Source: Oligoflexia bacterium (GTDB lineage: Bacteria; Bdellovibrionota; UBA1018). From it: 59,985 bases of DNA. The stretch is taken from the NCBI GenBank assembly GCA_046317855.1, contig JBKCVM010000019.1, positions 1-59,985 of the forward strand. The letters are read 5' to 3'. Under the pieces are notes generated by a model, which was not told the DNA's origin, ran no database searches, and worked only from the letters and a program-made list of their open reading frames with translations. This document shows positions 46,401 through 54,785 of this stretch, piece after piece. Position numbers and translations under genes: made by a program. The stretch's first letter is position 1. The number at the start of each line of letters is the position of its first letter.

Positions 46401-47518
46401 GAATTGGCAAATGCTGCCATCGTGAAGATTGAATCCGTCAAAAGGATTTTTTTGTAGGCGCCGTAGTGACTGGAAAGCGCATTGGGGTAGTCACAGAAGG
46501 CATTCATGAGCGCGGCATCCAGCACAGTATCGCGCCTCAAAAACCGCTCGGCATCCAAATGAGATCTTTCAGCGAGCTCGTGGAGGGCAAAAAGAACTGG
46601 ATCGGGCATCGACTGAGTCTGTCGAATGCAGCGAATGGGCTCACGAAGTCCGTGAAAAAACATTAAAAGCCCAGGCAAATCCTGTGAGACTTGTCCAAAA
46701 AAAGAGGACAAATGCTCCACCGCCTCACGGAGGTCGCCCCCCTCGCCGTAGGTTTCTGAAAAATCATCCATGATCTCAAAGATTCTTCCGCTCGAGATCT
46801 CCTGGAGCACCATGCGATCCAATTCCACTCGTCCCGGCTGTCTCAGCAACTGAAGAAAACGCAACCCCCCTAAGATCACTGAGGCTCGAGATTGAGGAGA
46901 CCCAGAAAACTTTCGGCTAAGCGAAACAAAAGAGGGAGAATCGGCCACGGCAGCCAAGATTCCAAGCCAATGCGCAAGATCGGATGGCTCAAATTCAGCA
47001 AAAAGCACTCGGGCCGCTGATAAAATCTTTGAATCGGCCGGAACCCCTCCGTGGATCGGACCCCTTTTAGCTTTTTGATTGCCAAGCCCCGGCAACGGAG
47101 CGAGCGCTCCGGACAACAGAGCCCCGAGGGCCTCCAGATCTTTGCTCAACCTTCCTGAATTCACCCACTGACGGTAAGTTTCTTGAAACTGAAAAAGGAC
47201 CTCGGGCTTCTCTAAGAACTGCCGATTCAAAACATTGACCAACGGTTGAAGCTCAGAATCTTTTGCCGCATCCGAAAGCTTTTGAAACCCATCCAAAGCC
47301 CCATACGAGTTCAAACAGGCTAGGATGGCTCTCATCTGGGGAACCGAAATCGCACTTTTAAGATTTATTTCTGCGCAGGCCGAATTGATCTGCCGATAAT
47401 GGGGTTGCTTGAGAACAGCCGGGTCCCTGCCATCCGAAAACAGACCCAGCGAGCAGCCCGTAAACCCCAAAATAAAAATGGGGAGGGCAAAGAATGAGAA
47501 GACTCCGTTGAGGCGCAT
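43430..47518 (-). CDS. giant (1362 aa) helical putative lipoprotein of unknown function
   Basis: Start re-called to ATG 47518 (GAAGGTG SD). Lipobox FILGFTG-C; long uninterrupted Leu/Ala-rich ORF; overlaps moxR by 29 nt. Confidence 0.8.
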   Translation of the reverse strand: MRLNGVFSFFALPIFILGFTGCSLGLFSDGRDPAVLKQPHYRQINSACAEINLKSAISVPQMRAILACLNSYGALDGFQKLSDAAKDSELQPLVNVLNRQFLEKPEVLFQFQETYRQWVNSGRLSKDLEALGALLSGALAPLPGLGNQKAKRGPIHGGVPADSKILSAARVLFAEFEPSDLAHWLGILAAVADSPSFVSLSRKFSGSPQSRASVILGGLRFLQLLRQPGRVELDRMVLQEISSGRIFEIMDDFSETYGEGGDLREAVEHLSSFFGQVSQDLPGLLMFFHGLREPIRCIRQTQSMPDPVLFALHELAERSHLDAERFLRRDTVLDAALMNAFCDYPNALSSHYGAYKKILLTDSIFTMAAFANSFTHRGAAVWLADFVAGKAARLPVTPLAELAPVLMELQKIDALPDLLLVLALVRPQDRPLLQRAATAWILPRPELEGSSFHDIFVDALMRATPESFDVLLHALGSLVEPVGLLALRHALFLTGDHPLIGSVRAFLDDPGLAAQFLGSLRALAARHPQEWINALTELREMSKSKDGRLADLTAAVLRMLSKTADKGRTQIRAARPGAPLERSALVEWRAHSLASSDLSLRWPRPLEPMLGCDQLTPWVRLDLYDAPGFESLVQAYLDCLGASGDSLQSLSVLKLGSGQLLLHQFIDSIRDFKAEPAYLDRAFRILFDGAGVARASALLDASVPWLSADTGRGTWIAAVVEALSKTWGGARSAFRKMEPKLAEVLRGDLLPGAISSVWEAWENRGPRIPFSDSEEFDLRPFQDVLRRYECLEDSASQRARIDELAADYRDSVMGWRLDPVTGRPPQRWDLEQLKSDLKQIFPHFADPARGHLPEGLSQFMRRFSNSAELSDWIALRANDWRVIPYFYPGEKAPRAKIVNSLDLLELLLINADFNFGSSQNYAFKFLTAIALAWGDEPRERWPAYIRAKYGNGRRPPTLAEAYSEILGTLEFSEKVIGYPKMPECSGERDRSGFFPAWLEARVFNMRQLVAVIEEGLPKNGLSLSGRAGGMRLLRNLLFDMYLSTPGTRVDHRHAAAGSQHAFFVAVRLAHMGVFRQISRGSRLALLPENQGAAEGRRIFDSVVEGLVAMVREPGSAELIRTALMGGEKEKDDVIQVLYRAVIHPEKGPLLRESLLYLTAIMKTPELADEVISFGGLLFGYARPEVFQTMSVWLDLLSLDSVRGGLGALQKRGAGVELSRLFGALPTAEAIDLFRASQKPEVKAAWQEVARRTQWLLAVRDQRSGILWGANPDSAVLPSSAVELLTSKELRQFLADQCDHQGPSEFLDALALDPQGFARLFEAIGNASRRGEIQELIKSFRRALPLTSDGPGSENGRHVHRHH

Positions 47519-47570
47519 GGACGCGTCACCTTCTAAAACCTGACGCATGTTGTCAAGCTACTGAAACCCC

Positions 47571-49043
47571 TTAGAAACTTGGAGCTCCCCGCTCTGGAGA
47601 ACGCGCGGGGTAGGCCTGAGCTCCCTGGGGCTCATCACCCAAGTTGACGAAGAGTGTGAACTCCCCGATCCAGCCCAGCTTGACGGTATCAGTCTCGCCC
47701 GCACGGTTCTTAGCCAGAATGATCTCGGCCACACCCTTGGTTTCTGGGTTGGGCGGATTTTCTTTATCGCGATTATAATAATCTTCTCGATGAATGAAGA
47801 CGACCATGTCGGCGTCCTGCTCGATGGCACCCGATTCGCGGAGGTCCGAAAGCATCGGCCTTTTATCCTGCCTACTTTCGACTCCACGGTTAAGCTGTGA
47901 GAGCACAATAATGGGTACTTTCAACTCCTTGGCCAGCTCTTTCAACCCGCGGCTGATTTCAGAGATCTCACGCTCGCGTGACCCATCCCCCTTTTGAGAG
48001 GCCTTTGACCCCTTCATGAGCTGAAGATAATCCACAACAACGAGATCGAGCTTCTTTTCTCGAGCAAGAAGCCGCCGACATCGAGCGCGAATATCCAGAA
48101 CCGTCAAAGTGCCGGAGTCATCGATATGGATCGAACTCTTGTTCATTTCATCAGCGGCCTGGGCCAGCCTCTGCCAGTCACGGTCCATCAGACGCCCCAA
48201 CTTGAGTGAACGTGAACTGATTCGAGCATGCCCGGAAAGCAGCTTAAACATGATTTCTTGCGCCGACATTTCGAGAGAAAAGAGCGCAACCGTCTTTTTG
48301 TTCTTAATCGCGGCATGCTGAAGAGCCGAAAGAAACCAGCTCGTCTTACCCATCCCAGGTCGAGCAGCCACGATGATGATTTGCCCGGGGTGAAGCCCCG
48401 TCGTAATCCGATCGAAATCTTTGAAGCCCGTCTCAACGCCAGTGACATCGGCCTTCCGTTGAGCCAGCTCCTCGATACGCTTCATGGCATCCACCAGAAG
48501 CTCATTCATGTTGGCAAAGGTCTTGTTGGCCTGAGTGTCACTGACCTCAAAAACCCTGCGTTCGACGTCATCTAGAAAGCTTTCGAGATCCTCTACCGGA
48601 GCATAAGCTTCTTCAACAATATCAGTACAAGTGCCAATCATTCGCCTAAGCTGAGCCTTCGTGCGAACGATCTGGGCGTAATATCCTACATTTGAAACCG
48701 CAAAAGTGTCGTCTAGCAGCGCAGTAAGCGCAGCGGTTCCCCCGATTTCATCGAACCACTGGCGATCTCGCAGGCCGTTAGTCAAGGTGAGGAGATCCAG
48801 CGGCTCACCTTTACGGGCCAAAGCCGTCAGCACTTCAAAAATCTTTTGATGAGCTGAGAGATAAAAGTCGCGAGCCTCAAGGCCCTGCTCTTGAACCTCA
48901 AAGATAGCGTCATTTTTAAGAAGAATGACCCCTAGAACAGAGCGCTCTGCTTCTAACGAATGAGGGGGAACCTTCGAAGACCCCACGCCACCGCTTCCGC
49001 GGGTAAACGCGGGATCGCCGGAAAAAAAGGGCGATCCTGGCAT
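47571..49043 (-). CDS. dnaB: replicative DNA helicase
   Basis: PPHSLEAERSVLG, AARPGMGKT, FSLEMS, VDYLQLM, LSQLNR, SDLRESGAIEQDAD, AKNRAG; no intein. Confidence 0.98.
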   Translation of the reverse strand: MPGSPFFSGDPAFTRGSGGVGSSKVPPHSLEAERSVLGVILLKNDAIFEVQEQGLEARDFYLSAHQKIFEVLTALARKGEPLDLLTLTNGLRDRQWFDEIGGTAALTALLDDTFAVSNVGYYAQIVRTKAQLRRMIGTCTDIVEEAYAPVEDLESFLDDVERRVFEVSDTQANKTFANMNELLVDAMKRIEELAQRKADVTGVETGFKDFDRITTGLHPGQIIIVAARPGMGKTSWFLSALQHAAIKNKKTVALFSLEMSAQEIMFKLLSGHARISSRSLKLGRLMDRDWQRLAQAADEMNKSSIHIDDSGTLTVLDIRARCRRLLAREKKLDLVVVDYLQLMKGSKASQKGDGSREREISEISRGLKELAKELKVPIIVLSQLNRGVESRQDKRPMLSDLRESGAIEQDADMVVFIHREDYYNRDKENPPNPETKGVAEIILAKNRAGETDTVKLGWIGEFTLFVNLGDEPQGAQAYPARSPERGAPSF

Positions 49044-49063
49044 TTTTCCCCCACCTCAACAAA

Positions 49064-49510
49064 TCAGGATTCTTTAGTAACTAGGACCTTCACCGTTGCC
49101 GAAACTTCTGGAAGAAGGCGTACGGTAACCGTGTGCGCCCCCAGAGTCTTAATCGCTTCAGTCATTTGAATGGAGCGACGCTCAATCTCAAAACCAGCCT
49201 TTGCCAAGGCTTCAACCATGTCTCCAGAGCTCACCGAGCCAAACAACTTGTCGTGCTCGCCTACTTTGCGGGCGATGGTCAGCGTCAAACCCGCCATTTT
49301 TTCAACCAATGCCTGAGCAGAGGCCTTCATGGACTGACGCTTTTTTTCGAGGGCGCGCTTATGATGTTCAATCACGCGCACATTGGATTCATCTGCGATG
49401 AACACCAGGTTACGCGGGAGAAGAAAATTGCGAGCATAACCGTCCGAGACTTTCACAATGTCCCCGATGCGACCCAGATTCGCCACGTTTTCACGAAGAA
49501 TGACCTGCAT
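49064..49510 (-). CDS. rplI: 50S ribosomal protein L9
   Basis: MQVILRENVANLG, DGYARNFLLP, KLFGSV, IKTLG. Confidence 0.97.
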   Translation of the reverse strand: MQVILRENVANLGRIGDIVKVSDGYARNFLLPRNLVFIADESNVRVIEHHKRALEKKRQSMKASAQALVEKMAGLTLTIARKVGEHDKLFGSVSSGDMVEALAKAGFEIERRSIQMTEAIKTLGAHTVTVRLLPEVSATVKVLVTKES

Positions 49511-49528
49511 AAAACTCCTCAGAGGCGC

Positions 49529-50509
49529 CTACGATTGCCTGAGTTTAGATCTAAAGTCAAACCACAGGTCGAAAAAACCCATGGCCAAAAGCAACGGGGT
49601 CATCACTCCCAAGACCAGAAAGAAAACTAGAACTCGCCCAAAGCCCCGAATTCCCCAAACATCGCAAACGACACTCACAATCGCAACGCCCTGCAAAGCG
49701 TAGAGCGCCAAACAAAACTTGAGTCCATTCCAGGCCAGGTCCGAAAGCCACCCTCGCGTCATCACCCAGGCAAAACCAAAAGCTAAAGTTGGCCAGATCC
49801 AGAATTCTGGGGTCTTCCACCCCCGAAGGTATCCCAAAGGCACACCCAGTTTTTCACGAAACTTTGCCGGATTCAGTCGAATCATCAGCGTCAGCACAAT
49901 CCACGATTGCAAGAGCGCTGCAATAGCCAATGAAGAGGGCAGGTTTTTAATCCACTGCTCTTTTTGGGCTTCCCACTCGGCGGCATCCCACTTTCCAGCG
50001 GGGGCCTGCGCGCTCATTTGCTCCCCGAGCCACTCTACGGTCTTTCTGACTTCCTCGGCAGGTGTCACCTGCTTGGCCACGGACCACGCCAGAAGAGCCC
50101 CAACTCCACCAACCGCGACGGCCATAACGCCAGCAAAAAGGATAGAGAACAGCCTAGCCTGAGCGCTCCGACGGCGTCCGACCCAATAACGTCCTGCCTC
50201 GGCAATAGCCCAAGCCGGGCAAACGACCAAAATCACAAACCCCAAGAGCCCACTCCAGCTAGCAAGCGCCCAGATCAGGAGAGAGTTAGTGAGTGTTGCT
50301 AGAAAAGCCAGCCTCCTGCCCGCAGCGTGGTTGAGCCAGGCCAACGGAACGGGAGCTAAAATTGCCAAGAAAAGGCTAACGTAAAGCGAAGCCCCCAAGA
50401 AAAAAGGAGAAAGCCTCAGCCAAAGCGGCAAACGAGAAGGGCCCGCCCCAGCTTCTCTCTGAGGAGCTGAGACAGGCCCTAAACTAGGATCGTTCTCTGG
50501 AGAGATCAC
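49529..50509 (-). CDS. DUF2232 (YybS-like) membrane protein
   Basis: Multi-TM protein; YALQGVAIV and LAMGFFDLWFDFR C-terminus; position between rpsR and rplI. Confidence 0.85.
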   Translation of the reverse strand: MISPENDPSLGPVSAPQREAGAGPSRLPLWLRLSPFFLGASLYVSLFLAILAPVPLAWLNHAAGRRLAFLATLTNSLLIWALASWSGLLGFVILVVCPAWAIAEAGRYWVGRRRSAQARLFSILFAGVMAVAVGGVGALLAWSVAKQVTPAEEVRKTVEWLGEQMSAQAPAGKWDAAEWEAQKEQWIKNLPSSLAIAALLQSWIVLTLMIRLNPAKFREKLGVPLGYLRGWKTPEFWIWPTLAFGFAWVMTRGWLSDLAWNGLKFCLALYALQGVAIVSVVCDVWGIRGFGRVLVFFLVLGVMTPLLLAMGFFDLWFDFRSKLRQS

Positions 50510-50532
50510 CGCAATCGATCACTGCAATCGAT
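50507..50532. repeat. 13-bp tandem duplication filling the rpsR-DUF2232 gap
   Basis: Minus strand ATCGATTGCAGTG / ATCGATTGCGGTG (one mismatch); the second copy supplies the GTG start. Confidence 0.75.
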
Positions 50533-50870
50533 TAGTGACCCGAAGTAACATAACCTACGAGCGCCAAATTTCTTGCGCGCTTCACTGCCGAGGTCAACTT
50601 GCGCTGATGCATTGCGCAGTTACCCGAGATCCGACGAGGAGTGATCTTGCCGTGCTCACTCACGAAGGACTGCATCATGCGAACATCTTTGTAATCCATA
50701 ATGAAGTCCTGATCCGAACAGAAGCGGCATGTTTTCTTGCGGCTAAACCCACTGCGCCGAGAGCCGCGATCATCTGCTCCCTCATCACGACCGTCACGCG
50801 CTCCATCCATTCTATCGTCACGGCGATCGTCCCGGCGATCGTCCCGCCTATCTTCACGATTAAAAGCCAT
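50532..50870 (-). CDS. rpsR: 30S ribosomal protein S18 (Zn-binding form) with R/D-repeat N-extension
   Basis: [38 protein letters not shown]. Confidence 0.97.
   Translation of the reverse strand: MAFNREDRRDDRRDDRRDDRMDGARDGRDEGADDRGSRRSGFSRKKTCRFCSDQDFIMDYKDVRMMQSFVSEHGKITPRRISGNCAMHQRKLTSAVKRARNLALVGYVTSGH
50813..50860 (-). repeat. 12-bp degenerate tandem repeat x4 encoding (D/E)DRR units in S18
   Basis: Plus strand TATCGTCACGGC GATCGTCCCGGC GATCGTCCCGCC TATCTTCACGAT. Confidence 0.8.
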
Positions 50871-50899
50871 AGTTATTTCTCCGTTTAAAACTTAAAATT

Positions 50900-51388
50900 T
50901 TACTCTTGGTATCCAGCAGACTCGGACTGATCGCCACTTTGGCGCGGAGAATATCCCCGACGCTCTCCGCCCATTGCGCTCATCCGCTCTTCACGACGAG
51001 CCTCACGCTCTTCTTCGCGGCGCTTAGCGGCAGCTTGCTGTTCGACACGAGCCTTCTTGAAAGCTTCTCCGTTGAACTCTTTTTCGAGATTTACAGAGAG
51101 AAAACGCAAGACTTGGTCATTTAGGCGCAAGTTACGCTCGATCTCGTGCACCACGTCGCCTTTGCCAGTGTACACGAAATACGTGTAGTGCCCGCGGGAC
51201 TCCTTAGCGATCGGGTAAGCGAGTTTGCGTTTGCCCCAGTCTTCTTGATGGATCAGCTCGCCGCCAAACTGAGCGACGACACCATTCAGTCGTTCTTGAA
51301 TGGCTTTCAGTCCCTCGTCGGAGAGCTCTGATCGAGTGATGAATGTAGTTTCAAAACCGGGAAGTAGTCCCGGAGTCGTGTTGGCCAT
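50900..51388 (-). CDS. rpsF: 30S ribosomal protein S6 with charged C-terminal extension
   Basis: FETTFI, EDWGKRKLAYPI, GHYTY, EIERNLRLNDQVLRFL; AAGGAGG SD. Confidence 0.97.
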   Translation of the reverse strand: MANTTPGLLPGFETTFITRSELSDEGLKAIQERLNGVVAQFGGELIHQEDWGKRKLAYPIAKESRGHYTYFVYTGKGDVVHEIERNLRLNDQVLRFLSVNLEKEFNGEAFKKARVEQQAAAKRREEEREARREERMSAMGGERRGYSPRQSGDQSESAGYQE

Positions 51389-51470
51389 GATTCCTCCTTG
51401 TGGATAATGAGCCGGTTAGTTCTTGGCCCAAAAGCCCGTAGAAAACCTCCACGAGCAAGGGTTTGCTCGG
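51389..51470 (-). promoter_or_regulatory. candidate rpsF leader (S6:S18 autogenous control RNA)
   Basis: CCUUG can pair with CAAGG of the SD region. Inner stems GGUU/AACC, UUCU/AGAA, GGC/GCC; 3' strand GGCUCAUUAUCCACAAGGAGG carries CCR just before the SD-containing stem. Confidence 0.5.
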
Positions 51471-51526
51471 ACTAGCACAGGCAACCGGCCAGAGCAACTC
51501 CGTCTTTCTGACTTTGACGCTCACCT

Positions 51527-52309
51527 TTAAGCCCAAGGGTGCTTTTCTGAGACCGTTTTTTGGCCCTTTTGCATCCACGAAACGATCAAGATAGCCGCCT
51601 CGTAAAGGAGAATGAGAGGAGCCATCAAGATCAACATGGACATGGCATCAGGAGGAGCAAAAAGCGCCGAAGCCACAGTAATGCCCAGGATGGCCGTCCG
51701 CCGATTTTGTCTCAGCCCCTGAGCACTCACCAGACCAAAAAAACCCAAAAAAACCACGAGGACAGGCAACTCAAAGGCCAGCCCAAATAGAAGCATGAGC
51801 TTGAGGCAAGTGTCGTAGTATGCCGAAATCGTGAGCATCGGCACATCGGCCGGACCGCCGTATTGGACAAAATACTTAAAGCCCACTGGAAACAGCACGT
51901 AGTAGGCAAAGGCCGCCCCACCCAAAAAGCAAACCGCTCCCGAGACCACAAAAGGGACTACCCACTTCCGCTCATTGGGCCTCAGACCGGGAGAGACGAA
52001 CTTCCAAATCTCAAGAAAGTAAAAAGGCGCGAAGAGAGCCAGTGACCCGTATCCAGCCACTTTGATGTGCATCAAAAAATTTTCGAATAACGAGGTGAAA
52101 TGTAGTTTTTGCTGCTCGGGCGGGAGAGCTGCAAAGAGCGGCCGACGCAAAAACTCCAGCATGGGCTCGGCTACCAAGTAGCAGATCACGAAACCCGCCA
52201 CGAACAGATACAAGCAGCGCATCAGATGGGAACGCAGCTCTTCGATGTGATCAAAGAGCCCCATCACGGGTCCGTCTTCAGAATGCCTTCGATTTGGGAC
52301 TTGAGCCAT
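51527..52309 (-). CDS. tatC: twin-arginine translocase subunit C
   Basis: Start re-called to ATG 52309. MGLFDHIEELR, EIWKFVSPGL, FGLAFELPV, APPDAMSM, LLYEAAI. Confidence 0.96.
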   Translation of the reverse strand: MAQVPNRRHSEDGPVMGLFDHIEELRSHLMRCLYLFVAGFVICYLVAEPMLEFLRRPLFAALPPEQQKLHFTSLFENFLMHIKVAGYGSLALFAPFYFLEIWKFVSPGLRPNERKWVVPFVVSGAVCFLGGAAFAYYVLFPVGFKYFVQYGGPADVPMLTISAYYDTCLKLMLLFGLAFELPVLVVFLGFFGLVSAQGLRQNRRTAILGITVASALFAPPDAMSMLILMAPLILLYEAAILIVSWMQKGQKTVSEKHPWA

Positions 52310-52321
52310 GCCTTTGGCTCG

Positions 52322-52351
52322 GTCATAGTGCTCGGCGCAAAGAGGTGTCAA
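52322..52351 (-). promoter_or_regulatory. candidate sigma70 promoter for tatC
   Basis: Perfect TTGACA-N18-TATGAC, then 12 nt to ATG 52309. Confidence 0.55.
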
Positions 52352-52354
52352 TTC

Positions 52355-53023
52355 ATGAATGCTCGTCGCGTACCCGCAGTGCTCCTTGCTCTGATCACTG
52401 CTGGCCTCATCTATGGGGCTATTGCTTACAAAAAGTCGTCTTCTGAACCTTTGTCCGAAGGAACTCCCTCGGCAGACACTGTACAAGGAAACCCTCAAAA
52501 CTCAGATCAATCTAAAGAAGGAAACACTCCCGCCATGACTCCAGCAGCAGCTCCAGGATCTACCGCTATCGACCTCAACACCGACGAAAACGGACTCTCA
52601 AAGTCCTCCGCGGTTTTGACCACGAGCCAAGGCGTCATCAAATACAAGTTTTACTCCAAGGATGCGCCCAAGACCGTGGCCCGCATGTCTGAACTGATTC
52701 AGCAGGGTTTTTACAACGGGCTGAATTTTCACCGTGTCGTTCCGGGCTTTGTGATTCAGGGCGGCGATCCTCTGGGCAATGGGACGGGCGGAAGCGGGCA
52801 GAAACTGCCAGCCGAATTTAACTCTCGCCGCCACACCGAAGGGACGGTCGCCATGGCACGCGCCCAAGACCCCAACTCGGCGGACTCACAATTCTACATC
52901 TCGCTGGGCCGCCACCCTCACCTGGACAACCAGTACACTGTCTTTGGTCAAGTGACCGAGGGCATGGATGTCGCCAAGAAGATCAAGGTTGGAGACAGCA
53001 TTGTTTCGGCAAAAATCGAATAA
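52355..53023 (+). CDS. cyclophilin-type peptidyl-prolyl isomerase with N-terminal signal/anchor
   Basis: Start re-called to ATG 52355 (AGAGG SD). APKT, FYNGLNFHRVVPGFVIQGGDP, AMARAQDPNSADSQFYI, YTVFGQV. Confidence 0.93.
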   Translation: MNARRVPAVLLALITAGLIYGAIAYKKSSSEPLSEGTPSADTVQGNPQNSDQSKEGNTPAMTPAAAPGSTAIDLNTDENGLSKSSAVLTTSQGVIKYKFYSKDAPKTVARMSELIQQGFYNGLNFHRVVPGFVIQGGDPLGNGTGGSGQKLPAEFNSRRHTEGTVAMARAQDPNSADSQFYISLGRHPHLDNQYTVFGQVTEGMDVAKKIKVGDSIVSAKIE

Positions 53024-54146
53024 ACTTTGGCCCCTTGCAGCCCTTTTTCTAGGAACCGCAGTAGGGGCAGGCTGGCTTAGCCGGCAAGAGTGGCGTCTCT
53101 GGAGAAGACCAGGATCCAACTGCATCACCACCCGCGCGGCGCTGGACCTGGGCTCTTCGAGCTTCAAGCTCAAGGTGGCCCGAGTGGATACCTGCCTACA
53201 AAAGATCGAAGCAATACTCCTGGATCGCTCTGAAAAAACGGGCTTTAAAGACGCCACTCAAGCGACAGCAGCAGGCGCAGCCAAAAATAAAGCTGGCAGC
53301 CAAATCCCGGTCGAAACTCCGCTCGAGATTCCAAAAGAAACCCTCGCACTCGGAAAACGCGTCGTTGAGTCATTGATCTCCGAGGCCCGTCAAAAAGGGG
53401 CTACCGAATTTTATGCCGTAGGGACGCAGATCTTTAGAGAAGCAAAAAATTCAGCGCAGTTCTTTGCCTCTCTTCCGAAAGTTCTGCAGGCTCGGATCGT
53501 CTCAAATCTCGAGGAGGCAATTCTGGGATATGCGGCAGCCACCCTCACCCTGGGTGAGTCCGGCAGAGAAGTCGTAGTCTGGGATATCGGCGGCGGGAGC
53601 ATGCAGATGATTCGACGAAAAGGCCCCAGCGACTATGATGTCTACCTGGGAACTTTTGCTTCAATCGCTGGACGCGAGATGACTCTACAAATGCAGAGAG
53701 ACGCTAAAGGGACCCAGGCTAGCAAAGGCTCAAGCCCCAATCCCGTGGGCCTGCCTATTGCCCGCAAAGTGCTTGATCAGGTGAGCCAGCGCGCTCAACA
53801 AGAGCTTTCGTCCTTTAGTCAAGCCCTTCTGCCCGACTCCCTCAGCCGACTCAGGGTCCTTGGACTGGGAGGAGTTCACTATTCGAGCGTCTTAACGCAA
53901 GTTCGACAGGTTCTTGGAACTGAGCAGAATTCGTACACTCCAGAAGACTTGGATGCCACCTTTCAAGTTCAAGCTCAAAAAAGTGATGAGCAATTGAATA
54001 GCAAATACGCCAATTCACAAGTCTCCAACCTGCTTCTAGTCCGAGGATTTATGAAGGCCTCAGGCATTTCACGCGTTGAGGTTGTTGACGCCAATCTTGC
54101 CGACGCGCTGTTGATATCGGGATTGGCGTTGCTGAACGAAAGATAA
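52968..54146 (+). CDS. Ppx/GppA-family (ASKHA) phosphatase-like protein with N-terminal hydrophobic segment
   Basis: AALDLGSSSFKL, FREAKN, EEAILGY, VWDIGGGSMQ; no HD domain. Start uncertain (ATG 52968 overlapping the cyclophilin gene, or TTG 53034). Confidence 0.8.
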   Translation: MSPRRSRLETALFRQKSNKLWPLAALFLGTAVGAGWLSRQEWRLWRRPGSNCITTRAALDLGSSSFKLKVARVDTCLQKIEAILLDRSEKTGFKDATQATAAGAAKNKAGSQIPVETPLEIPKETLALGKRVVESLISEARQKGATEFYAVGTQIFREAKNSAQFFASLPKVLQARIVSNLEEAILGYAAATLTLGESGREVVVWDIGGGSMQMIRRKGPSDYDVYLGTFASIAGREMTLQMQRDAKGTQASKGSSPNPVGLPIARKVLDQVSQRAQQELSSFSQALLPDSLSRLRVLGLGGVHYSSVLTQVRQVLGTEQNSYTPEDLDATFQVQAQKSDEQLNSKYANSQVSNLLLVRGFMKASGISRVEVVDANLADALLISGLALLNER

Positions 54147-54773
54147 CTACTGGATCGTCTTTCGACTGTGGCGACTCTGAGTAGTGGGCATGATTCCGGC
54201 TTCTTGAAGAGCTCTGGCTGCTTTTTCACTGCCCGTACGAATCCACCGCTCATAGGTTCTCAAAAGGTCGGTCTCTCGTTTTGGAGTCGTCTTTTCACTC
54301 ACGTCCGCAAGAACTTCCACGCATTGGCCAAACTTCTGAGAGAGCTCATCATAGAGTTTTTGCCTTGAAGAAACCGTCTCTCGCGAAGCAACGGCACCGT
54401 ATGCAGCGCCACCCATGCCAATAAAATAATCCAAATCCACCGAGCGCCGACTAAAGCTCTCTTGAAAATAGCCGGCCACATAAAGAGAAAAGTCTCCCAC
54501 GTGCTGAAAAAGAGATTTTTGCGCCTCTCGGTGAGGTTGGTCCATCGCGTCTTTGAGCATGAGCGCCAGAGGCTCTTCACGCACTTGCCCCTCTCCATCT
54601 CTAAAAAAGAGAGTCTCCGTACTGATGAATCGATTCATGAGATTCACCAGATAGAACTCGATCTCTGGGGCAAGCTTCAGTTTTTGGCGCGACAGCGAGT
54701 CGCGAATGAGCTCAAAGAAAAACTCCTCCGGTCTTGCAATCAGCTTTAAGGCGGACTTTGGGTTTCCGGCCAT
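54147..54773 (-). CDS. conserved hypothetical cytoplasmic protein
   Basis: Natural-looking helical protein with motif GDFSLYVAGYF..SFSRRSVDLDYFIGMGGAAY; has its own promoter-like element. Confidence 0.8.
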   Translation of the reverse strand: MAGNPKSALKLIARPEEFFFELIRDSLSRQKLKLAPEIEFYLVNLMNRFISTETLFFRDGEGQVREEPLALMLKDAMDQPHREAQKSLFQHVGDFSLYVAGYFQESFSRRSVDLDYFIGMGGAAYGAVASRETVSSRQKLYDELSQKFGQCVEVLADVSEKTTPKRETDLLRTYERWIRTGSEKAARALQEAGIMPTTQSRHSRKTIQ

Positions 54774-54785
54774 ACCTATCTTTAA

